In this document: piece after piece, positions 1 through 11,716 of the stretch
How positions within the stretch are numbered: position 1 is the first letter of the stretch
Layout of the letters: each line of letters starts with the position of its first letter
Source of the DNA: Eledone cirrhosa
Lineage: Eukaryota
Assembly (NCBI GenBank): GCA_964016885.1
Contig: OZ024748.1
Coordinates: 24,366,001-24,430,000, forward strand
DNA: 64,000 bases
Direction of reading: 5' to 3'
Translations under genes and position numbers: made by a program
Notes under the pieces: model-generated
The model's database searches: none
Told to the model about the DNA's origin: nothing
What the model saw: only the letters and a program-made list of their open reading frames with translations

Positions 1-3000
1 TCCTTTCAACCTGGTCCACCATGCAACCTCTTTCGCTACTGCCACCAGGCAGAGGAAAATTGCCTGCCCTTCCTGACCAAAAGAAGGCGGCGGGTCAATC
101 TTCACTATGGACTCGGACGATAGCCGGATCCGTTCTACACGCGACAATAGCTGTTCGACATAACCCCACAAGTCAGCAATGCACGGACACTGGACGAGTG
201 CGTGCAGAACGGTTTCGTCGCTCTGCGCGCATCTCGGGCAGGTTCGTCTGACAGCACTTCCGTGCCTGTAGAGTTTATCCCGAACCGGCAGCGCCCCCCG
301 GTAGCACTGCCAAGCGAGGGATTTCTGGAAGTTATCCATCGTCCCCGGCTCGAAAGTCCTCCGGAACATACTGGTCAGTTCTACTTCGTTGACGCCCAGA
401 GCCTCTCCTAGTACGTCATCGCACTTGCCCTCCACTAATCCTCTATAGAAATCTTGAGTGGAAGTTCCACTGACCGCATTGCCCACCTTGCAGAGTGCAG
501 TGAGCGCCTGGCAACATTCCAGATGCCAGTCGCCCAGTCTCGGTCTCTTCTTGACCCAGGACTGCAGCTCAGTCAAAGAGATGAGCTGCGGAAAGGCCCG
601 TCTAACAAACGGCGACCACACCTGTTCACCGTTTAGGCAAAATATCTGGAGATGTCGCAGCCTCAGCGCATGTCTGCGCATCATTAGCCACGGCATGCCC
701 AGCCCTCCACGAAGAGGGTGCTGGCAGCAGATGGACCGCCTCACCAACGGGACCCGTCCCCTCCACAAAAATTTGAAAAGGAGCCGTTCCAAATTGGCGA
801 GGCGTGGACGGGGGCAAGGCACGACGGTCAGGCGGTAGTAGATGACGGACGCGATGTACGCGTTCGCCACCTCCGCCCGCCCTTTCAGTGATAGCTTTCT
901 CTCAGCCCATTTCTGGGTGAGGTTGGCTATCCTGCTCGTCACCTCGTCCCAATTCTTATCCACCTGGAGGTCTGGTCCGAACCAAACCCCGAGCAACTTT
1001 ACCGGTCCGTCTGTCCAGCGCCCAACGACGCTGTTGGACGGCATGGACTTGCCTCTCCAGGTGCCGAGCTGCAAGCCCACCGACTTTTCCGGGTTAAGTT
1101 TTGCTCCCGTCAACCTTTCATATTCCTCCAAATGGGTGCGGATCACCTCGATTTCCGAGGTGTCCGACACCATCACGGTGATGTCGTCCGCATAAGCGGA
1201 CGCAGCCTTTCTACGTCCCGGTTCGAGCGGGATGCCCTGCAACAACTCCAGCTTCCGCAGTAGAGGCTCAAGAGTCAATACGTACAGAAGTGAGGAGAGA
1301 GGGCACCCTTGACGGACCGATCGAGAGATCTGAAACGGTTCCGAGAGGTGGCCATTAACTTTGACCACCGAGCGGATGCCGCTGTACATTGCAGCGATCC
1401 AGCTTCTGAAGACGGGGCCGAAGCCAGCCGCCTCGAGGACAGCCTCCAAGTACCGATGGTCGACCCTATCGAATGCTTTCGATTGATCTAAATTGATCAG
1501 AGCCCCACCGAAGCCAGGTTTGCACCCAACCCTCTCTATGATGTATCGCATGAGGTGGAGGTTGTCGTGTATGGACCTGGTCGGGATTGCGCAAGTTTGC
1601 GCCTCCCCAACCAAATCTTTGACGACAAGCGCCAACCTTTTCGCTAACACCTTGGCCAAAATCTTAAACTCTGTGTTGAGCAGGGTTATGGGCCTGAAAT
1701 TATCTAGTGTGTCCCTCTTGTTCTCGTCTTTCCTTATCAGCGTCACTACGCCACGGCTCACAGAACTGGGAATGCTCCCGTTCTGCTGCCAGTTGCAGTA
1801 GAGCGCTTCGAGGAGATCGGAGAACAAGTCTGGCATATTTACGTAAAGCTCGTAGGGCAGACCATCCAAACCGGGTGACTTGCGACTCGAGCAGCCGACA
1901 AGGGCGTCCTGAATTTCGGCTGATGTTATCGGCTCTTCGCAGCGCTCAGCGTCGGCCGTCGAGAGGCGTGGCAAGCCGTCGAGGTAGGGACTGAAGTCCG
2001 CCGCCATCTCCGACTCACCCATCCTCCCGAACAATCGAGCAAAGTGCTGGCGAAAGGCCTCACACATCCGCTTGGAATCGCTCAGTTCGTGTCCATCTCG
2101 ATCCGTCAAAGACCGAATTGTGGTTTTATTTCCACGCTGCGTCTCTGCAAAGCGAGCCCATCGGGCAGCTTTGGTTCCCTCGTTCCTCAGAGCACGCGCC
2201 TTAGCTCTGACAATGCAACCTTCGTGTTTCGCATTGAAGAAATGGTCTAGTGCCATTCTCGCCGCTAGCACGTCTGTTGCAATGCCACTACAAATAGCCT
2301 CGTCTAACTTAGCTATCAGCCCCTCCTCCTTTCTATTTTTCTCTATTGCTACTTCTTTGCTAAATCCTATCGAGGTTGCTCTAATCTCTCTTTTGAGTGC
2401 CCCCCACCACCTGTTGTTGACAACCCCCCCTGTCAACTTTTGCTTAACTAAGTTGTTGACCCGGTCCCTGTAAGCTTTACGTGCCGGAAACGACATGTTT
2501 AGCTTCCAGTAGCTAGGTCCTAACCTACGTGTCTTATCTAGGTCGACCATACAGATCACAAGCTTGTGATCTGAATAGGCAACCGTTTTAAAATGTGGAC
2601 ATCCTACACTATTTCTATCTCTTTTCCTAATGAAAATCCTATCTATGTACGATCTAGATGACCCTATGCGATTGGTCCAGGTCCATACTGGCGCATTAGG
2701 GAAATCTAGTCGGTACCTGTCAGACAGTTGAAACTGGCTGATCAGGTACTTGAGGCTTTTGCACCCCCCGCTCCTATCAGATACTCCCACACAATCCCAG
2801 CGTGCTTCTAAGATGCCATTCCAATCCCCTATTAACAGTAAAGGGCGAGACGTAAGCAGAAAGTTTTCCAGGCGCCTAAAGAAGTCCGGCCGACCGGCCC
2901 CAGTAGGGGCGTAGACGGCCACCAGTCTAAAGGCACCACCTTCGCTATTGCTCACGTCCAGGACCACCAACTTTCCGTCAGGATCCCGGAAGATTGACCT

Positions 3001-3243
3001 TACCTCGAGATCCAGACATTTCCTAAACAGCACAGCCACTCCACCTCCCATTCCCGGCCGACTAACAGATGCAAAGATCTGATAATCGTCGAAAATCGGC
3101 GCCAGTGCGCGTGTGTCGGAAATTCTGGTCTCGCTGATGGCAATTACATCCATTCCTAGTGACCTGAGGTCGTTGAGCAAGTGACCTTGCTTCCAGGGCG
3201 ACCCCAGGCCACGAACATTTAAACTTCCTACTCTTATGGCCAT
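1..3243 (-). CDS. LINE ORF2p: APE endonuclease, reverse transcriptase and C-terminal zinc finger (3'-partial, about 1081 codons in the window)
   Basis: Manual translation gives MAIRVGSLNVRGLG...IAISETRI (APE N-terminus), SVRQGCPLSSLLYVL (~1320-1275), SAYADDITV (YADD at 1194-1183, in frame with the ATG at 3243) and CPRCAQSDETVLHALVQC (~240-187). It is absent from the ORF track, which fits an open frame with no stop before the window edge. Confidence 0.92.
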   Translation of the reverse strand, partial: MAIRVGSLNVRGLGSPWKQGHLLNDLRSLGMDVIAISETRISDTRALAPIFDDYQIFASVSRPGMGGGVAVLFRKCLDLEVRSIFRDPDGKLVVLDVSNSEGGAFRLVAVYAPTGAGRPDFFRRLENFLLTSRPLLLIGDWNGILEARWDCVGVSDRSGGCKSLKYLISQFQLSDRYRLDFPNAPVWTWTNRIGSSRSYIDRIFIRKRDRNSVGCPHFKTVAYSDHKLVICMVDLDKTRRLGPSYWKLNMSFPARKAYRDRVNNLVKQKLTGGVVNNRWWGALKREIRATSIGFSKEVAIEKNRKEEGLIAKLDEAICSGIATDVLAARMALDHFFNAKHEGCIVRAKARALRNEGTKAARWARFAETQRGNKTTIRSLTDRDGHELSDSKRMCEAFRQHFARLFGRMGESEMAADFSPYLDGLPRLSTADAERCEEPITSAEIQDALVGCSSRKSPGLDGLPYELYVNMPDLFSDLLEALYCNWQQNGSIPSSVSRGVVTLIRKDENKRDTLDNFRPITLLNTEFKILAKVLAKRLALVVKDLVGEAQTCAIPTRSIHDNLHLMRYIIERVGCKPGFGGALINLDQSKAFDRVDHRYLEAVLEAAGFGPVFRSWIAAMYSGIRSVVKVNGHLSEPFQISRSVRQGCPLSSLLYVLTLEPLLRKLELLQGIPLEPGRRKAASAYADDITVMVSDTSEIEVIRTHLEEYERLTGAKLNPEKSVGLQLGTWRGKSMPSNSVVGRWTDGPVKLLGVWFGPDLQVDKNWDEVTSRIANLTQKWAERKLSLKGRAEVANAYIASVIYYRLTVVPCPRPRLANLERLLFKFLWRGRVPLVRRSICCQHPLRGGLGMPWLMMRRHALRLRHLQIFCLNGEQVWSPFVRRAFPQLISLTELQSWVKKRPRLGDWHLECCQALTALCKVGNAVSGTSTQDFYRGLVEGKCDDVLGEALGVNEVELTSMFRRTFEPGTMDNFQKSLAWQCYRGALPVRDKLYRHGSAVRRTCPRCAQSDETVLHALVQCPCIADLWGYVEQLLSRVERIRLSSESIVKIDPPPSFGQEGQAIFLCLVAVAKEVAWWTRLKG

Positions 3244-3272
3244 GCTGGCAGGATGAATGGGAGAGGAAAGGT

Positions 3273-5135
3273 TTACTTACCTTCCGGGGTCTTGTGAAGG
3301 TCGGGTGGTTCGACCTCCATGGTTTGTGGGGTTTCTTTTGGGAACCCCTTTAATAGTCTTGACGTGGGTTTTACGTTCGGGGTTCCCACATCCCGAGGAA
3401 AGCTCTTTCGAATTTCTTTGTATGAAGCGAGCGACATTCGCATCAGAAGCAAATTATCTGGTACGCGAAATGTGCTCGCTTCAAATGTTTCCCCGTCTTT
3501 TTCGATGTTTGTGCTTCGTGCTACATGGGCCATCAATTCCTTGTTGGCCCTTCTGGCAAGCACGAAGTTTTTAATGTTTTGTTGCTCGGGTTTTATTTGT
3601 TCGTGTGATTGTGGTGGTGATAGCTTTGTTAGTGTTGTTTCTATTGTGTCTGCGTTTGTTGTGGGTGGGGTGTCTGTAGTTTCTGATGTTTGTGTGTCTA
3701 TTTGTTCTTGTGTCTGTTTAGCTTGTTTGCGTTTGGGGGATTTTGGTGGTTGTGTTGGTGATGCTGTGGGGAAAATGTTTGTGTGGGTGGTGTGTGTATT
3801 TTCTTTTGTGGGGGTGTTTGTGCTTTGTGGATTTCTTTTTTTTTTGTGTTTTGTTTTTTGTATTTTGGGGGACTTTGGTTTTCCCTCATCTTCACTGCTG
3901 GAGGATGAGGGGTCTGTGGCTGTGAGCGTGTTTGTGTCTGAGTGAGTGTTTATGTTCTTGTTCGTGTGTGTATTTTGGGGGGGAGGGGGAATGGGAGAGC
4001 TTTCCTCGTTTCCCCCCTGGGTGTGCAATTTTGGTGGTTCCATTGTTGACGGTGTTGCTGGTGGTCCTTGTCCCGGCGTCGCCAGCAGTGGAATCTTTCG
4101 ACCCCTTGCGCTTTTCGGCAGTTGAGGGCAGAAGGCTCGCAAGTGTGTCGTTTCCCCACAAAGGAAACAATGCGGCCTTTTGCCCTCAGTCATTATATGC
4201 AACACCCTCCCGTTTTGGAGGCGGATGTGGTCCGGGATTGTTTTTACGTTTTCGGGTCTGATTTGGAGCAGTATCTCCAGATCAACCCCGGACCAGTCGT
4301 CCCTGGCAGTTCTCGTTGCCTCTACCGGGACTGTATCCGTTCCTTCCACGATTACGCAACCCAGGAGCCACCACATATCAAGTCCTGGTGGAATCCTGGG
4401 AATGCGCACACGTGCTATTCGTTTTCCCATGTGGGAGGGGTACATTATGACCTTGCTGGTTTTGCAAGGGGTCATTGAATGCTTCACAGCGAGGGCTTCA
4501 GACTTGAACAGCACCGAAACGGTGCCGTATTGCCTGCCCCTCTCTATGAAGTCTGTGTCCTCTCTGATGTATTTCAGTGCGGCTTCTATGTCAGCTTGGG
4601 CGATTATCGCTGCCCTCTTTGTCTCTACTGAGATGCATCTGAAATGCACCGTTCTTTTTTCCACTGCCTCAATGGCTTCTGCCGGGACAGTTAAGTTTGC
4701 CCAGGTCTGCTCTTGGTTTATGATTTTCCAGGCCTGGGCCAACTTTTCCTCTCTGTTGGTTAAGTCGATGCTGTAGCATGGTCTCCTTTTAGCCGCTGCC
4801 ACAGCAGCGAAAGTGTTCTTGTTGGTGTTGTCACTGTTGTTGTTCTTGTTGGTGTTGCTGCTGCTATTGCTGTTGTTGTTCTCCCCTGTGTCGTGGTTAC
4901 CTTCTGTGCTGTTGGCCTTGTTGGTGCTCTCGCTATTACCACCTTCTGCGCTGTTCGGCTTGTTGGTGTTGGTGTTGTCGTTGTTACCACCTTCCGCGCC
5001 GCTCGGCCCGTTGGTGCTGGCACTGTCGCTGCTCACATTCGTGCTGGTGGCGCTCCTCGCCTCACCTCTCCTCTCAACGCTCAAGTCGCCGTTGCACGAC
5101 AGCAGACCCGCCTCTAGGGGGCGTGGCTCCGCCAT
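3273..5135 (-). CDS. LINE ORF1p (gag-like nucleic-acid-binding protein), 620 aa
   Basis: Listed in the ORF track. Contains the zinc knuckle CFLCGETTHLRAFC (CX2CX4HX4C), has low-complexity N/S/T and P/T/K regions, and lies directly upstream of ORF2. Confidence 0.88.
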   Translation of the reverse strand: MAEPRPLEAGLLSCNGDLSVERRGEARSATSTNVSSDSASTNGPSGAEGGNNDNTNTNKPNSAEGGNSESTNKANSTEGNHDTGENNNSNSSSNTNKNNNSDNTNKNTFAAVAAAKRRPCYSIDLTNREEKLAQAWKIINQEQTWANLTVPAEAIEAVEKRTVHFRCISVETKRAAIIAQADIEAALKYIREDTDFIERGRQYGTVSVLFKSEALAVKHSMTPCKTSKVIMYPSHMGKRIARVRIPRIPPGLDMWWLLGCVIVEGTDTVPVEATRTARDDWSGVDLEILLQIRPENVKTIPDHIRLQNGRVLHIMTEGKRPHCFLCGETTHLRAFCPQLPKSARGRKIPLLATPGQGPPATPSTMEPPKLHTQGGNEESSPIPPPPQNTHTNKNINTHSDTNTLTATDPSSSSSEDEGKPKSPKIQKTKHKKKRNPQSTNTPTKENTHTTHTNIFPTASPTQPPKSPKRKQAKQTQEQIDTQTSETTDTPPTTNADTIETTLTKLSPPQSHEQIKPEQQNIKNFVLARRANKELMAHVARSTNIEKDGETFEASTFRVPDNLLLMRMSLASYKEIRKSFPRDVGTPNVKPTSRLLKGFPKETPQTMEVEPPDLHKTPEGK

Positions 5136-5406
5136 GTTTTTTGAGAAAAAAAATTATTATTTTTTTCAAAATAAAGTTCAAATATTTGGGCCAAAAGGCC
5201 CAAATATTATGAGTTATTCCTTCACAGGATACAAATTAATGTCTTATAATGCTTCAGCGGTACAAAAAATAAACAATTCTCTACAATTAATCCTCAAAAA
5301 TTGCTTACTCACGGAGCTTCAAAAAACGTACATCCACTTTCGTCAATAATAATAATAATAATAATATATATAAGAACGAAGCAGCGTGTTGTTAAATGTC
5401 TCGCCG

Positions 5407-5464
<58 letters not shown>

Positions 5465-5516
5465 GAAATTACAGGAGGCCAAGTATGTTAATTCCCTTAA
5501 TTATTTATTTCTGCAA

Positions 5517-5574
5517 ACACTATACACATTTCAGTGGCCAGGTTGCGTAAGAACCCGGTGACATCTTCAGGCGT
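5517..5574 (-). ncRNA. minimal type-I hammerhead ribozyme motif
   Basis: Minus strand reads acgc-CUGAAGA-stem II (ccggguu/aaccugg)-GAAA-ugugu-AUA-gugu. Stem I is acgc/gugu. Confidence 0.55.
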
Positions 5575-5723
5575 ACATTGCGTAATAGATGTATACCAAC
5601 GGAATGATGGTAACCTTTAAGGAAAGAAGCAAAGAAAAAAACAAAGAAGAAAAAAAAAGTGTGTTTATGTTTTTGACCCAGAGACAAACGAACGAAGCAG
5701 CGTGTTGTTAAAATGTCTCGCCG

Positions 5724-5775
<52 letters not shown>

Positions 5776-5776
<1 letters not shown>

Positions 5777-5996
5777 CGAAAGAAAAGTGGTAAGGAACCA
5801 GGTGGACCATAACGCACCAAAGTACTCAATACTTAGGGTTGTAGAGTGGGTAATAGGAACGAGTAGGACCCCGAAGGCTGAGCTCAAGCCGTTTCGACGG
5901 CTAATTCTGGACTAAATGCTATTTAGTCCAGAATTAGCCGTCGAATTAGCCGTCGAAACGGCTTGAGCTCAGCCGTCGGGGTCCTACTCGTTCCTA
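5776..5996. mobile_element. short fold-back (palindromic) PLE-like 3' end fragment inserted in (TA)n; a second copy lies at ~6228-6420
   Basis: Inverted repeat centred at ~5920 with a hammerhead 3' half GAAAC-ggcu...agcc-GUC. The 6228-6420 copy is nearly identical. Confidence 0.6.
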
Positions 5997-6417
5997 TATA
6001 TATATATATATATACAAATTTTAGTACAGCATTAACGAAGCTTTAGTTCGCGGCCAAGCTAACGAATGCAAATTCGGTCTGTAGCTTTAGCTGGAAAAGT
6101 ACCCCAGAGTAATAACAATACGTTTAGACAGCTTAGCAAATCAAATATAGCGATCGGCAGTCCAGCCGCATCACTAGAGCAACGAAAATACAGGACCCAG
6201 GAAAAGATATATATATATATATATATAACGAAGGAAATGTGGTAAGGAACCAGGTGGACCATAACGCACCAAAGTACTCAATACTTGGGGTAGTAGAGTG
6301 GGAAATAGGAACCAGTAAGACCCCGACGGCTGAGCTCAAGCCGTTTCGACGGCTAATTCTGGACTGAATTAGCCGTCGAAACGGCTTGAGCTCAGCCGTC
6401 GGGGTCTTACTGGATCC

Positions 6418-6490
<73 letters not shown>

Positions 6491-7216
6491 TTACACACGG
6501 ATGCATACAGACGTCCTTTCATTATATACATACATATATACATACTTACATACATACATGCATACATACATACATACACACACACATACTTACATACATG
6601 CGTACATACATCCACGCACACATACATGCATACATGCATACATATATACATTCATATATACATGTATACATACATATACAAACATATATACATACACCTA
6701 CATACATATACAAATATATATATATATACATACACCTACATACATGCACATACATATACATAATACATACATACACACGCACACACAGTCACACAGATCT
6801 GTTGGACCTCCGTCGATTCCGAAGAGGTGTGTTCCAGTTGATTTCATCAAATACAATCTAGTAACATTCTCGCTGTATTTCCAGTTGTATTTTTTTTTTT
6901 ACGTATTAATATTTTTGTTTTGTATTGTTGTTTTTTATCGAAAGATCCCGTAAATTTTCCTGGCCATTTTTGTTTGTAATCATCTCACCTGCATCTGTCT
7001 AACAGAATGGCTCTCCAATCTGTTGCACAAACTAGTATTACAAGTGCAATACCACCTTAATGCGCGAAATTGCACGCCAGAAAGGTGGCTGATGAAATAA
7101 AGATGATGCATCTGTCTGCTCCTCTTATATAACTGTGTGCATTTTGTACTGAAACTATACACACAAACATGCACACACATATATATGCAATATACGTATA
7201 TATATATATATATACA

Positions 7217-7410
7217 TGTATAAATTTAGAGCAAGAAGACAGGGACTGTCCGTCATCAATGATCTTCCAGCCATTTCTTCGCATTAAACTTTAATGCGAA
7301 GAAATATCGATGATGGCTGGAAGATCACTGATGACGGACAGTCCTGTCTTCTTGCTCTAAATTTATTCATATGTATCCCATTTGCAACAACGCAGCACGC
7401 TATTTTTCAT
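7217..7410. mobile_element. short fold-back element of a dispersed family (relatives at ~28755-28860 and ~38668-38775)
   Basis: Inverted repeat centred at ~7289. The motif gctggaagatcactgatga...taaatttattcatatgta(t/a)cccatttgcaac is shared, with some divergence, at three loci, each next to (TA)n. Confidence 0.6.
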
Positions 7411-7417
7411 TTATATA

Positions 7418-7460
<43 letters not shown>

Positions 7461-7473
7461 ATATATATATATG

Positions 7474-7520
<47 letters not shown>

Positions 7521-7531
7521 GTACTCCCCAC

Positions 7532-7637
<106 letters not shown>

Positions 7638-7849
7638 GATATTAACAAATGGAAACTATATTTATAAAACCATATCTATTTTATTATACATATTTAAAGG
7701 ATACCATGTTAAATTATGGTATGCTTTCATCAGACAAAATACAATATATACCAGTTTTATAAATAAATATTGACATACCCTTACAAAATGCAACCGTTAC
7801 TTTTGGAAGACATGGGGATAGTGGATTTGTTTACTTATATTAGTAAGTC

Positions 7850-7955
7850 GTTGTGTTACAGAGAAGGGTCTGAGACTTGGACACTGACCAAGAAACTCAC
7901 TCAGATGGTGGATGGGTGCTACACGAGAATGGTGAGGATGGCTCTGAACATTAAT
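7850..7955 (+). pseudogene. RTE-type LINE ORF fragment (post-RT region)
   Basis: Translation [29 protein letters not shown] resembles the YGxETWT...LRR motif of RTE-clade elements. Confidence 0.6.
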
Positions 7956-7958
7956 CAG

Positions 7959-8045
<87 letters not shown>

Positions 8046-8055
8046 GTACTCCCAC

Positions 8056-8119
<64 letters not shown>

Positions 8120-8262
8120 ATACATATACATATACATATATATATATATATACATGTATATACATTGCGTTAAATTGCACACCACAAATTGATGAGGTAA
8201 ATATGCTACTATGTTTGTCTTATATAACTGTCTTTCTGTATGGATTATCTGTCATGTCAATG

Positions 8263-8330
<68 letters not shown>

Positions 8331-9134
8331 GTATAATATGCTGAATCCCCCAGACACTAAGCAGTATATGCAATATATCAATTAGAAATCATGTACACAT
8401 ATGTAAACAGTGTTTGATTTTTTTTTTTTTTCAGCAATTGGCTTTTGTTAACGAAGTCGCAACAAGTAAAGTCAATAAGGTGTCATCTTTCCACTGAGTA
8501 ATTGGACTCGTCCATTCATATGACGGATGGAGTGTTGTATTCGCGCTTATATTTAATTTAATGTAGTGAGTAGCAAAAGTCTAATTAGATGTACTATCTG
8601 AATAATTAACTTCAAATATCTAATAACCTAGTGTGGCGAATTGGCGGAGTCGTTGGAATGCTTTATAGTATTCGTTTTGACTCTCGACATTCTGAGTTCA
8701 AATCCCACCTTGATCAACTTTATCATTCAACTATCCGGAATGTCGATAAAGGAAGTACCAGCCCAGTACTGGGTCGCTTTTTCTTCTTCTTCTCTCTCTC
8801 TGTCTTCCTCTCCCTCTCTCCTCCTGAAGATATCGACTCTATCAGGACGTACGAGTCCGTACATTTAAACCTCTAATAACCTCCTATATCTAATTTCATG
8901 TAGCTAGAAATAGACACCATTTCTAGGTAAAGTGAACCTACCTTTAATTATAGATTAGGAGACGATACACCCTATACAGCTGTATGTTACACGCAGAAGA
9001 ACAGTTGCAGACCGCTGCATCTAGTACACCTTGACATTAATAGGTAACATGAAGTTGTAGCTTCACCATCATGTAACTACGTAGCGCGGACGTTGTATAG
9101 CTGAATGGTTACGATGCTTGCTTTACAATCAATA

Positions 9135-9422
9135 GTGGAGGCACGTGGCCTAGTGGTAAGAGTGTTGGACTTATGGTCATAATGTCGTGGGTTCGATTCC
9201 TGGGCTGCGTGCCTTGTTCTTGAGCAAAACACTTCATTTCACGTTGCTCCAGTATACTCAGCTGAAAATGAGTACCAGCAATAGCTGGAGGTTTAACCCT
9301 GCGATGGACTGGCGTCCTGTCCAGGGGGGAGTCTTGTACTATCAGTCACTTCACGCCATGAAACCGGGATAAGCACCGACCAAACGAGCCTTCTGGCTTA
9401 AGACAGACTTTAGACTTTTTTT
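9135..9422 (+). mobile_element. tRNA-derived SINE with a Meta-SINE-like central domain and 13-bp target-site duplication
   Basis: A box gtggcctagtgg, B box gggttcgattcc and the domain cctgcgatggactggcgtcctgtccagggg...gaaaccgggataagc. TSD tttacaatcaata at 9122-9134 and 9423-9435. Confidence 0.8.
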
Positions 9423-9607
9423 TTTACAATCAATAAATTCCGAGTTCGAGCTGAGGATTCTTGGGGAAGAGTCATTTACCACAGTCTCTCACCGACCTAC
9501 GTCTTGTCAGTGAAATTGTTTAGAAACCTATAGGATAGTATGTACTTGTCACACTGAATCTCCTTTCACGAACTGGCTCTCTCGTTGATTTGAACACCCA
9601 TGGTTAC

Positions 9608-11112
9608 ACACCACCACCGCCACCACCACCACCACCACCAACAACAACAACAGTGTGGTCATGTGCCATCACCACCGCCACCACTACCACCACCACCACC
9701 ACCACCACCAAATTAACCACCACCACCTCCACCGCCACAACATCCACCACAACCTCCACAACCACAACAACCACCACATCCACAACAACCACCACAACCA
9801 CCACCACAACCTCCACAACCACCGCTACCACCACCACCACTACCACCACAACCTCCACAACCACCACCACCACTACCACCAAAACCTCCGCCACCACCAC
9901 CACCTCCACCACTACCACCACAACCTCCACAACCACCACCACAACCATTGCCACCGCCACCGCCACCGCCACCGCCACCGCCACCGCCACTACCACCACA
10001 ACATCCGCCACCACCACCTCCACCGCCACCACCACCACCACCACTACCACCACCACCACCACCACAACCTCCGCCACCACCACCTCCACCGCCACCACCA
10101 CCACTACCACTACCCCCACAACCTCCACAACCACCGCCACCAACACCACCACTACCACCACCACCTCCACCGCCACCCCCACAACCTCCACAACCACCGC
10201 CACCAACACCACCACCACCACCACCACCACCACCACCACCACCACCGCCGCCGCCGCTACCACCACAACCTCCGCCACCACCACCTCCACCGCCACCACC
10301 ACCTCCACCACTACCCCCACAACCTCCACAACCACCACCACCAACACCACCACTACCCCCACAGCCTCCACCACCACCGCCACTACCACCACAACCTCCG
10401 CCACCACCACCTACACCGCCACCCCTACAACCTCCACAACCACCGCCACCAACACCACCACCACTACCACCACAACCTCCACAACCACCGCCACCACCAC
10501 CACCACTACCCCCACAACCTCCACCACCACCACCACCACCACCACCACCACCACCACCTCCACCGCCACCCCCACAACCACCATCACCACCACCACCGCC
10601 ACCATCAACACCACTACCACCACCACCACCACCACCACTACAACCACCACCACCACCACCAACACCACCACCACCGCCACCAACACCACCACCACCACTA
10701 CTACCACCCCACCCCCACCCCACCACCACCACCACCACCACCACCACCACCACCACCACCACCACCACCCCACCACCACCACCACCACCACCACCACCAC
10801 CACCACCACCCCACCACCACCACCACCACCGCCACCAACACCACCACCACCACCACCACCACCACCACCACCACCACCACCACCACCCCACCACCCCCAC
10901 CACCACCACCACCACCACCCCCACCACCCCACCACCACCACCACCACCACCACCACCACCACCACCCCACCACCACCACCACCACCACCACCACCACCAC
11001 CACCACCACCACCACCACCACCCCACCACCACCCCCACCCCCACCCCACCACCCCCACCACCACCACCACCACCACAACCACCACCACCACCACCACCGC
11101 CGCCGCCGCCGC
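9608..11112. repeat. (ACC)n-based compound trinucleotide repeat
   Basis: About 1.5 kb of ACC/CCA with interspersed variants. All six frames are open only because of the low complexity. Confidence 0.95.
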
Positions 11113-11230
11113 TCTACGAGGTCTAAGTGCAGCAGCAATTCTTCAAAGAAATCTAATTTCCTTCCAGTCACAACGAAATAAAGATTTAGAAAATAAAAAA
11201 GACAGAAAACTGAGTGAAATCTTTTAAGAC

Positions 11231-11420
11231 AATAATTGTTTCTACTTTTGGCACAAGGCCAGCGATGACCCAGTGCATTACTGGTACTTTATTTTATCGA
11301 CCCCATAAGGATGAAAAGCAAAGTTAACCTCGGCGGGATTTGAACTCAGACCGTAAAGGGCCGTAACTATGCTGGAAAGCATGGCGTCCGACTCTCTACC
11401 GATACTGCCAATCCACCGCT
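11231..11420 (-). mobile_element. tRNA-derived SINE with a Nin/Deu-like domain (main SINE family of the window)
   Basis: Minus strand has A box tggcagtatcgg, B box gagttcaaatccc, the core ctttgcttttcatccttatggggtcgataaaataaagtaccag and the tail gccttgtgcc...agaaacaattatt. Confidence 0.85.
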
Positions 11421-11430
11421 TTTAAGACAT

Positions 11431-11716
11431 AACAATGGTCTCTTATAGAGGCAGAAGGCCAGCAGTGTGGCGGGATGGGAAAGTTGATTTAATTCGACCC
11501 CAGTGCATTACAGGTACTTTATTTTATCGACCCCGTAAGGATGATAGTCAAAGTTAAGCTCGGCGGGATTTGAACTTAGATCATAAAGGGCCGTAACTCT
11601 ATGCTGCAAAGCATGGCGTTCGACCCTCTACCGATACTGCCAATCCAGATAGTAATAATTGTTTCTACTTTAGGCACAAGGCCAGCAATTAATTACCCCA
11701 GTGTATTACTGGTACT
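11431..11716 (-). mobile_element. tandem second copy plus a partial third copy of the same SINE
   Basis: The same core and tRNA-like head are repeated at 11431-11648, with a 3' part only at ~11655-11716. Confidence 0.8.

Larger units (their letters stand above)
1..5344 (-). mobile_element. Tx1/L1-clade non-LTR retrotransposon, apparently intact; 3' end lies beyond the left edge of the window
   Basis: About 210-nt 5' UTR, ORF1 (5135-3273), a 29-nt spacer, then ORF2 (3243 to <1) with EN, RT and CCHC motifs. The 5' end matches that of the second copy at ~47415-47455 (actcacggagcttc). Confidence 0.93.

Noticed and set aside
6030-6200. Further hammerhead candidates (also ~6800-6860, 18050-18220 and 33690)
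   Set aside because: Only half or mutated cores are visible, too degenerate to call.
9135-9205. tRNA genes at the SINE heads
   Set aside because: A and B boxes are present, but there is no complete cloverleaf and the sequence continues into SINE bodies.
9590-11227. Mucin-like Thr/Pro/His-rich ORF
   Set aside because: It is a pure ACC-repeat expansion that is open in all frames, with frame switches and no signal peptide or splice evidence.
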